From: an uncultured virus (IMG/VR IMGVR_UViG_3300032219_000626)
Taxonomy: Duplodnaviria; Heunggongvirae; Uroviricota; Caudoviricetes
Strand: one strand, 5' to 3'
IMG/VR virus record: IMGVR_UViG_3300032219_000626
Length of the DNA: 64,000 nucleotides
Made by a program: the position numbers and the translations under genes. How positions within the stretch are numbered: position 1 is the stretch's first letter; each line of letters starts with the position of its first letter. Positions 28,491-35,643 of the stretch are shown here, piece by piece. A model generated the notes under the pieces. The model was not told the DNA's origin, searched no databases, and saw only the letters and a program-made list of their open reading frames with translations.

Positions 28491-28893
28491 TTCGTTCTCC
28501 GTTCTTGTTGTTATCAGTCTATACCCTAGCACAGACATTTATTACCAAACACGCCAAATAAATGTAACGATTTGGGGGAAAATTGTTATCGAACTTAACG
28601 GCGTGTCGATTTGACAAAAGCCCAGATTTTGGGGCACCGCCACGCTGTCGGGCGTGTCGCCCTGGTAGCCCTAGGGGATAAGCCCTACGACATACAGCAT
28701 TAGGCTTAGGCTACCTAGTATCAGTAGACCAGCGAGGGTAGCCATTATGACAATGGTCAAGTCATCCATTAGGTTACGCATTAGTTACACCATAGGCAAT
28801 CGATGTCGTCACAAGGGTTTTCTGCTGAGTAGTCTTCGTTTTCGTTCATTTCTATCTCCTTCTTGATTACAGTTTACTTGATAGGTCAGACAT

Positions 28894-29118
28894 TTAGTTT
28901 GAGTGGTGAGGGCAGTCTGACCATTTTAGGCATTGCTCGCCCTTTTTGGTGATACCTTTACACTGGTTTGCTAGGCGGTATGCAACTGAACGCTTGTTAG
29001 CGATACGCTTGCTAACTGACTCAAGTGCTAGAGAGATAGGTAGAGCGATTGCATACAGTAGAGCGAAGCCTACGAATACTACTGAGTAACTTGCGATTAG
29101 AATTTCGATGCTGGTCAT
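28894..29118 (-). CDS. membrane-anchored protein with CKGITKKG..C motif
   Basis: First gene of the island; SD AAGGAG. Confidence 0.65.
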   Translation of the reverse strand: MTSIEILIASYSVVFVGFALLYAIALPISLALESVSKRIANKRSVAYRLANQCKGITKKGEQCLKWSDCPHHSN

Positions 29119-29521
29119 TTGTTGCTCCTTCTTTGTTATCTAAAGTCTATACCATAGGGCAGACATTTTGGCTCATTTAGACAAACATTTTTGCAATGTT
29201 ACCAATTTGTTATAAAGGTACGTAGGGGTAGTGTGCTCACTAAAAATAGGTGTACGTATGGGTGTAGGTCCGTATCATTCATCTTTACAAAATATTCAGA
29301 TTTTTGCCAATTTGAAAATTTTTTCAGATTTCGCTGGTATCAAAATTTTTTGGGGGTATTACAGAACTACGTCTGCTCCAAGCCATATAGCAATAGCTGC
29401 ATATAGACAAATAAAACCTATTCCTGATACGATAAGAGCAAATACACCAGCCCAGTCTGTTTTCTTTTTCATATGTTTCCTAAAATGTTTGGGGGTACAC
29501 AACAGGCAAAGCCTGTCTTGA

Positions 29522-29728
29522 TTACCAATGTCCTTCAGGACACTTAGCTTGAACAAGGGTAGTCTTCAATCTCATAAAACAACCACATTTGCGACATCTT
29601 TTTAAATTTTTGGCAAACCATGGACACGTATTACAAATTGCTAGACGAGATTCTACTAGTTCTTTGTCTGCTTTTTGCTGGTTAGGGTCAAATAGGTCTA
29701 AAAATTCGACATCGCCGTTATCTTTCAT
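29522..29728 (-). CDS. small Cys-rich Zn-binding protein
   Basis: RL.IC..CP...C.KCGCFM.LK....A.CP.G.W; leaderless. Confidence 0.7.
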   Translation of the reverse strand: MKDNGDVEFLDLFDPNQQKADKELVESRLAICNTCPWFAKNLKRCRKCGCFMRLKTTLVQAKCPEGHW

Positions 29729-29868
29729 ACTTAATATTATAACACATATGGGGCTGTTAAGCCTATTTGGTGTTTGGTTACTCTATTTTCACGCCGAAAA
29801 ACTTACGCCGAGCTTTTTACCGCCGTTTTTATATTCAGAAAATTAAATAATCATATATAATTGAGAGT

Positions 29869-30141
29869 ATGACAATGATAGAATCAATCCTGGCTTTAAC
29901 CATAAGTATTTCAACAATCATAACAACTCTAGGACTAGGAGTTAAATGGTTAGTCAAACACTACTTCGATGAAATCAAGAAAGAAATGAGACCTAATAGT
30001 GGTTCTTCTATGAAAGACCAAGTAACTAGATTAGAATCAAGAACTGAAGCTGTAGAAGAAAAGTTAGATAAACTATATGATTTGTTAATTACGCAAGGTG
30101 TAAGAACAATTTCATCAAGAACTAAAAAATCCGACGATTGA
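29869..30141 (+). CDS. membrane protein (TM plus coiled coil, PNSGSSMKD), possibly lysis-related
   Basis: Leaderless start; N-terminal hydrophobic helix. Confidence 0.55.
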   Translation: MTMIESILALTISISTIITTLGLGVKWLVKHYFDEIKKEMRPNSGSSMKDQVTRLESRTEAVEEKLDKLYDLLITQGVRTISSRTKKSDD

Positions 30142-30218
30142 TTATTATTATTTATAATATATTATTTATATCTTATAGCTTAATATTATATATATCATCT
30201 ATCTATCTATTACTATAT

Positions 30219-30246
30219 ATAGTACCACACGCCGAGCTTTTGTCAA
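30219..30246 (-). promoter_or_regulatory. leftward promoter firing into an AT-rich tract
   Basis: TTGACA-N16-TACTAT with TG extension. Confidence 0.5.
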
Positions 30247-30288
30247 GCCCTTTTTGCCATATTTTATGATAACTTTTAGATAACGATT

Positions 30289-30309
30289 TTATACACAGAG
30301 TTATCCACA
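30289..30309 (+). promoter_or_regulatory. two DnaA boxes
   Basis: TTATACACA-GAG-TTATCCACA. Confidence 0.7.
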
Positions 30310-30328
30310 GGTTGTGATATAATATATT

Positions 30329-30380
30329 TGCTAGTATCTTTGGTGTCTCTCTCACATACCCACCGCCGAAGATACTAGCA
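30329..30380 (+). ncRNA. candidate stand-alone hairpin sRNA
   Basis: 17-bp stem with an 18-nt C/U-rich loop, starting 6 nt after TG-A-TATAAT. Confidence 0.5.
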
Positions 30381-30412
30381 CTTTTGTTTGATTTGTGGTG
30401 TATAATACTACT

Positions 30413-30799
30413 ATGACCTCATGTTGTCCTGAAGACACCACTTTCGGTGCTGACCCACTTAATGCCAAATGGACTATTGTTCGTGGCGACACAGCTTCAT
30501 TCCGTGTTCAATTCCTTGAAGACGATGAAGTAACAGCTTATGATACTACTGGGTGGACTTACTTATCATACACGTATAATTTTAAAGGTGAAAACCTTGA
30601 CCAACTAACTGTTTACGTTGGTCCTGATTATGTAGATATTATTGCATCAAACAATATTACAAAAACATGGGGTACTGGCTATACGAAAGTAGTTGCAGAA
30701 CTAGCTTTCGACCTTCAAGTGACTAAAGCTGATGGAACAGTTTGGACTCCAATCATTGGAACCATTACAGTCCTTGGAGAAACTAAAGGAGGATTATAA
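30413..30799 (+). CDS. putative virion/baseplate-associated protein
   Basis: IVRGDT..F.V, FDLQVT; leaderless. Confidence 0.55.
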   Translation: MTSCCPEDTTFGADPLNAKWTIVRGDTASFRVQFLEDDEVTAYDTTGWTYLSYTYNFKGENLDQLTVYVGPDYVDIIASNNITKTWGTGYTKVVAELAFDLQVTKADGTVWTPIIGTITVLGETKGGL

Positions 30800-30800
30800 T

Positions 30801-31250
30801 ATGACAAACCCAATCGTTAAGATTGTACCCATGCCAGGAACACCTAGCGTTTCTGGAACCTGGAACCCAAATTTTAGGGATTCCACTGGAACACTTGCTG
30901 GAATCACTACTACTGGAAATTATACTCGCATTGGAAAAATGATTTTCTTTTGTGTATATGTAGACTTTAATGGATATTCAAACCTAGGAACTGGACAGTA
31001 TGAATTTACCTTGCCTTTTCCTGCAAAACAAACATTTACATCTCGTGGCGGAACTTTACACAACGTGAGCACCGATTCTAGATATCACATTGCTGCAATT
31101 ATTGATATTGTTACAGATGGAGCAAATGCAAAAGCAAAACTGTATTACTCAGGAAGCACAACTGACTTAGCTTGGAAATATAATACTCCAGTTTCATGGG
31201 CAAACAATACCACCCACTTTGATATCAGTGGTTTCTATGAAATGGCATAA
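30801..31250 (+). CDS. tail-fibre head-like protein
   Basis: GTWNP, GNYTRIGKMIF, FTLPF, ISGFYE. Confidence 0.6.
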   Translation: MTNPIVKIVPMPGTPSVSGTWNPNFRDSTGTLAGITTTGNYTRIGKMIFFCVYVDFNGYSNLGTGQYEFTLPFPAKQTFTSRGGTLHNVSTDSRYHIAAIIDIVTDGANAKAKLYYSGSTTDLAWKYNTPVSWANNTTHFDISGFYEMA

Positions 31251-31282
31251 ATAGATAACTCTATTTGTGATATAATTTACAC

Positions 31283-32305
31283 ATGACTACTGATATCGGA
31301 ACAGACCTGGTTGCAACCATTCCAGCACTTGGAGACTCTGCAAATATTGTTACGGCATTTACCAACTATCATACAGATATTGAAGCAGGTGTTGCGGTAC
31401 TTTCTAGAGCTAATACTTTTGGTGGAGCACTTGGTAAGACACAAACAATTAAGACTGCATCTGGTGGTTCTTTAGAAATTTCTACAGTTAATGCATCTAA
31501 GAACGGTATGTCAATTATTGCTACAGATGCTACTGGATTTCCAATTAGGTTTAGACCAATTCTTGCTGGAACAGCAATGTCTAGCTCAGAATTTTACTAT
31601 GACGGAACAAATGATAGGTGGGTTTCTGAGGTTTCCCTGCTCTCTGAACTTAGACCAAGAACTGGAACAGCAACCCTCGCTCCAATAACTTTTACATCTG
31701 GAACAGTTCTAACCACTCCAGCAGCAGGTGTAATGGAATATAACGGTCAATTCTTTTTAACAAATAATACAACAACAAAAAGAGGTGTTGTATCACCGAA
31801 GCACATATATTCTCTAACCTCTACAAGAAGTCTTTCCACATCAGCTGGCTCACAATCATTATTTGGCGTTGGACTATCTCTAGAAGCCAATGCTGTATAT
31901 GAGTTTGACATTTGGTTTGCCTTAACATCACAGACATCTGTGTCAGGTTCAAGCACCACAATTCAATTATCTTTAGCACTACCAACAAGTTCAACTGGTA
32001 GTTACGAAGCAGAATATTCAGCAAGCACATCATCTACATCGGCTTCAAGAACATTTGCAAGCATTACTGCAACCCCTCTAACATCTGGAACGGTAACGTA
32101 TTCTGGAACATCGTCAACAGCAACTGGTCAGTATCACATGAAGGGTATTGTTAGAACATCTTCAAGTGGCACTTTTACTCCTAATCTTGTTGTAGTGAAT
32201 GGCACGAATGCACTGTCTTCATTAACTCTTTCTGCAGGTTCTTATGCAACAGTAAACAAAGTTGGTGCTGCAAATGCAAACATTATTACTGGCGACTGGG
32301 TATAA
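31283..32305 (+). CDS. Ser/Thr-rich tail fibre-like protein
   Basis: Composition and context. Confidence 0.6.
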   Translation: MTTDIGTDLVATIPALGDSANIVTAFTNYHTDIEAGVAVLSRANTFGGALGKTQTIKTASGGSLEISTVNASKNGMSIIATDATGFPIRFRPILAGTAMSSSEFYYDGTNDRWVSEVSLLSELRPRTGTATLAPITFTSGTVLTTPAAGVMEYNGQFFLTNNTTTKRGVVSPKHIYSLTSTRSLSTSAGSQSLFGVGLSLEANAVYEFDIWFALTSQTSVSGSSTTIQLSLALPTSSTGSYEAEYSASTSSTSASRTFASITATPLTSGTVTYSGTSSTATGQYHMKGIVRTSSSGTFTPNLVVVNGTNALSSLTLSAGSYATVNKVGAANANIITGDWV

Positions 32306-32337
32306 AAATACCCTGACCTTTTGAGCCAGGGTATCTT

Positions 32338-32895
32338 CTAGTTAGTTTCTATAAACCTCGTATAAGTAACTTTAGTATTCCAATTCATCTTAGCCCACTT
32401 CTTTACAGAAACAACTGCAGTCCTTTGTCCAGGAGCAGGAGCATGAATCATTTTTCCATTACCAATATAGATTCCAACGTGTTGAGCTCCAGAATAGTTT
32501 TTCCATCCGAAAGCAACTACGTCACCAATTTTTGGGGTTTTATATTTTTTACCAGAATTTTTCTGGGCACTTGCACTATGCTTTAGCTCAATTCCGAGCT
32601 GTTCATAGGTCCACATTGTGAGACCTGAGCAGTCCCATCCACTGGGAGTGTTACCTGAGAATACGTACCAGGTTTTTCCTACATATTGCTTTAGTTTAGC
32701 AATTGCATTTTTTACTATTTGGGTATTGCGGTCAATAACCATCTGTTCTTGAAAACTAAGTGCAGTCTCAATAGCAAAGTTATTTGTTTGTATTACATTT
32801 GAATCAATTGGTTTTAGCTCAACTGCTGAAACAGAAGTCGAACACGTTGTAAGCGATAAAACCATCACGCCTACTGCAGCAAATTTTTTAATCAT
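32338..32895 (-). CDS. secreted NlpC/P60 cell-wall peptidase
   Basis: Signal peptide; YVFSG..PSGWDCSGL, GDVVAF, HVGIYIGNGKMIHAP. Confidence 0.92.
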   Translation of the reverse strand: MIKKFAAVGVMVLSLTTCSTSVSAVELKPIDSNVIQTNNFAIETALSFQEQMVIDRNTQIVKNAIAKLKQYVGKTWYVFSGNTPSGWDCSGLTMWTYEQLGIELKHSASAQKNSGKKYKTPKIGDVVAFGWKNYSGAQHVGIYIGNGKMIHAPAPGQRTAVVSVKKWAKMNWNTKVTYTRFIETN

Positions 32896-33111
32896 TTTGC
32901 TACCTCCTTATTTTTTATGTTGTTACTCTACCGCCATATTGCACGGTATTCTGGCAGACACTATTCTTTATGAAGTAGAATCCGATAAAGCAAAAACTTC
33001 CTTTTAAGGGGAAGCTCTAGTAAATTATACCACGATTTAGACCTAAAATACAAAATCTTAAGATTTTTAACAATAAGTTCACAGCCTTATCATGATATAA
33101 TATTTATTACC

Positions 33112-35571
33112 ATGACCATAATTCAGCACAAAAGAGGCATATCTACTAACTGGACATCATCAAACCCAACTCTAGCAGTTGGAGAAATTGGCTACGAGAC
33201 AAACACAGGTAAGTTTAAAATTGGGGATGGAGCTTCTGCTTGGTCAGCTTTGCCATACTTTTCAACTTCAGCTGGTGGCTCTGGAACTGTAACTTCTGTA
33301 GACCTTTCTGTTCCAACAGGACTTAGTGTATCTGGAAACCCAGTAACTACATCTGGAACTCTTGCAATTAGTCTTTCAGCAGGATACGCAATTCCAACAA
33401 CAGCAAAGCAGACTGAGTGGGATACTGCTTATACAGACAGACTTAAGTGGGATGGTGGAAGCTCTGGGCTAACAGCATCAACTGGTAGAACATCTCTTGG
33501 TGCTACAACTGTTGGGTCAAACCTTTTTACCCTTACAAATCCATCTGCAACAACATTCTTAAAAGTAAATCCAGATAATAGTATTACAACAGAAAATGCT
33601 TCTACGCATTTAGCATCACTAGGAGCTACAACTGTTGGAGAAAATCTTTTAGAGCTAACGAATCCATCTGCAATTAGATTTATAAGAATTAATGCAGACA
33701 ACACGGTGTCTGCACTATCAGATACAAACTTTAGAACTGCTATTGGAGCAGGTACTGGTAGTGGAACTGTAACTACTGCATCTGTGGTATCTGCTAATGG
33801 TTTTGCTGGAACGGTAGCAAATGCAACAACAACCCCAGCAATTACTCTTACCACCACAATCACAGGACTTCTTTCTGGAAATGGAACAGCAATATCTGCA
33901 GCTTCTGCTGGATATGGAGATACAACAAGTCCATATGGAACTAAATCTCAATACTATGTTCTTGCTGGACCAGTAACTCCAACACCAGCTGCCCCAACTT
34001 TTAGGCTATTGACTGCTAACGATATTCCAGATTTGTCTGCAACATATCTTGGCACTGGAGATACTGCTGCATCAACTACAGAAATAACCATTTCTACTAT
34101 AAACGGAAATACATCAGATACAACCTTGTATCCTGTATTTGTTGGTGGAAATACAGCTATTTCTCAAGCCCCACACACAGATGTTGCTGGTATTGTTTAT
34201 AACGCATCTACAGATTCGCTGTCTCTAACAGGAGACCTAACTGTTACTGGTGGAGATGTTCTTCTTGGTAGTACAGGTACAGCAACAACAATCAAAACTC
34301 TTGCTACAACTGGTACATCTTCTGGAAGCCTAACCATTTCAACAGGAGATACAACAACTTCTGGAAATTCTGGAAACATTACTATTGATGTGGGAAGTGG
34401 AGCATCGTCAGATGGAACAATTTCTATTGGTGATACTTATGCATCTGCTATTACAATTGGTAAAGTAGGTACTACAACTACTATTGCTGGAACACTTTCT
34501 GCTACCGTATCTAATGCAACATCTGCAGACACAGCAAAAACAGTTTCCACCGCAACCAATGCATCATTCTACCCAGTATTTGTTGACGCAAATAATGGAA
34601 CAGCAACAGCAGAAGCACTATACACAGACGCTGGTTTAGTCTATAATCCATCAACCAACAAGCTTTCTACTGGTGGTGACGTTAGCGTAAATGGTGGTGA
34701 CCTGGAGACCACATCAACAGGAACAGCAACATTGTTTAATACAAATGCTACCACGCTAAATATTGGTGGAGCAGCAACAACAATGGCTATTGGAGCAGCA
34801 TCAAGCACTGCTACATTCGGTGGCACAGTATCTGCTGACCAAGTATTTTCAACTAACAATGGTAGTGGAACTAACTTTAAGGTCGGTGACGATACTTGGA
34901 TTGGTGACATTAACACTGCAAATACAATGAGCATTAGGGGTCAGCAAGATGCTGCAAATGCCTATGTTGTTTTTGGTAATGGGGACTCAAAGGCATTGGG
35001 TAGGGCTGGAACTGCTGCACTTACATACGATTCAGCACCAGTAATGGTTGGATATTATTATGTCACATCTGCTGTGCAGGGTCCAGACGACACAGAAACT
35101 TCAGCATCAATGCTTGACGGTGCTACATTAGGTATTACAGTTCCAGCAGGAAATACTTATCAAATTGAAGTAGTTTCGCCTATACAGCATACATATGTTG
35201 GTTCAGCATCGGCAACTACTTCATTTGGATTTACATCAACTACTGTTACTGGTTCTCCAGTAGCAAGCTTTGCTTATCAAATTAGATACGGAAGCAACCT
35301 TACAGGATTTACATCTGCCTCAGCAGAAAACGTTGCTTGGAGAACTACAGGGTCTCAGCTAGTTGGTGCTGCAATTGCATCTGGTTCTAGATACATTCAA
35401 TGCCACGTGGTTGGAATAGTTCGTGTTACTGGCACAGGAACGGTAAAAATTTATCCAACAATTACACAATCTGTAACTGGAAATACTGCCTATGCTCAAG
35501 CTGGCTCTTACTTTAGGATAAATCCTATTGGAAATGGAACAGTAAACTCTGCAGGTTCTGGTTGGGGATAA
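33112..35571 (+). CDS. long tail fibre with Mtd-N-like N-terminal domain
   Basis: IQHKRG..TNW.S.NPTLA.GEIGYETNTGKFKIGDG..AWSALPY; Thr/Gly/Ser-rich shaft. Confidence 0.8.
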   Translation: MTIIQHKRGISTNWTSSNPTLAVGEIGYETNTGKFKIGDGASAWSALPYFSTSAGGSGTVTSVDLSVPTGLSVSGNPVTTSGTLAISLSAGYAIPTTAKQTEWDTAYTDRLKWDGGSSGLTASTGRTSLGATTVGSNLFTLTNPSATTFLKVNPDNSITTENASTHLASLGATTVGENLLELTNPSAIRFIRINADNTVSALSDTNFRTAIGAGTGSGTVTTASVVSANGFAGTVANATTTPAITLTTTITGLLSGNGTAISAASAGYGDTTSPYGTKSQYYVLAGPVTPTPAAPTFRLLTANDIPDLSATYLGTGDTAASTTEITISTINGNTSDTTLYPVFVGGNTAISQAPHTDVAGIVYNASTDSLSLTGDLTVTGGDVLLGSTGTATTIKTLATTGTSSGSLTISTGDTTTSGNSGNITIDVGSGASSDGTISIGDTYASAITIGKVGTTTTIAGTLSATVSNATSADTAKTVSTATNASFYPVFVDANNGTATAEALYTDAGLVYNPSTNKLSTGGDVSVNGGDLETTSTGTATLFNTNATTLNIGGAATTMAIGAASSTATFGGTVSADQVFSTNNGSGTNFKVGDDTWIGDINTANTMSIRGQQDAANAYVVFGNGDSKALGRAGTAALTYDSAPVMVGYYYVTSAVQGPDDTETSASMLDGATLGITVPAGNTYQIEVVSPIQHTYVGSASATTSFGFTSTTVTGSPVASFAYQIRYGSNLTGFTSASAENVAWRTTGSQLVGAAIASGSRYIQCHVVGIVRVTGTGTVKIYPTITQSVTGNTAYAQAGSYFRINPIGNGTVNSAGSGWG

Positions 35572-35643
35572 CAAATAGTGTTTTACTTTTTCTAAAACTG
35601 TGGTATACTAAATACATTACAGTTATGGAAAGGTGGAAACACT

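Larger units (their letters stand above)
17656..28641. repeat. 15 copies of pseudo-palindrome GGGGGCACC(C/G)CC / GG(G/C)GGTGCCCCC
   Basis: At 17656,18605,19811,20690,21896,22551,23771,24405,25221,25494,26028,26846,27639,28025,28631; all intergenic. Confidence 0.85.
15198..29168 (-). promoter_or_regulatory. array of 29 related promoters, (A/T)AATGTC-N12-TAnnnT
   Basis: GACAT on + strand at 15216,15436,17576,18553,19741,20389,20637,21370,21733,21839,22510,23216,23398,23720,24365,24944,25164,25441,25953,26322,26587,26779,27071,27571,27943,28246,28534,28889,29162, each exactly 12 nt from a -10 hexamer. Confidence 0.9.

Noticed and set aside
19866..28538. ORF-track starts MSD/MSH/MSV at 20393, 21374, 23724 and 28538
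   Set aside because: The ATG belongs to the ATGTC promoter box upstream of the predicted TSS; downstream starts have SD or leaderless spacing
15198..29168. CRISPR array from the recurring CAGACATTTA motif
   Set aside because: Copies are irregularly spaced, separated by whole genes and tied to -10 hexamers; no cas genes in the window
32896..33030. c-di-AMP (ydaO) riboswitch upstream of NlpC/P60
   Set aside because: Conserved ydaO segments not recognisable by eye
33112..35571. Diversity-generating retroelement suggested by the Mtd-like N-terminus
   Set aside because: No reverse transcriptase or TR/VR pair seen in the window
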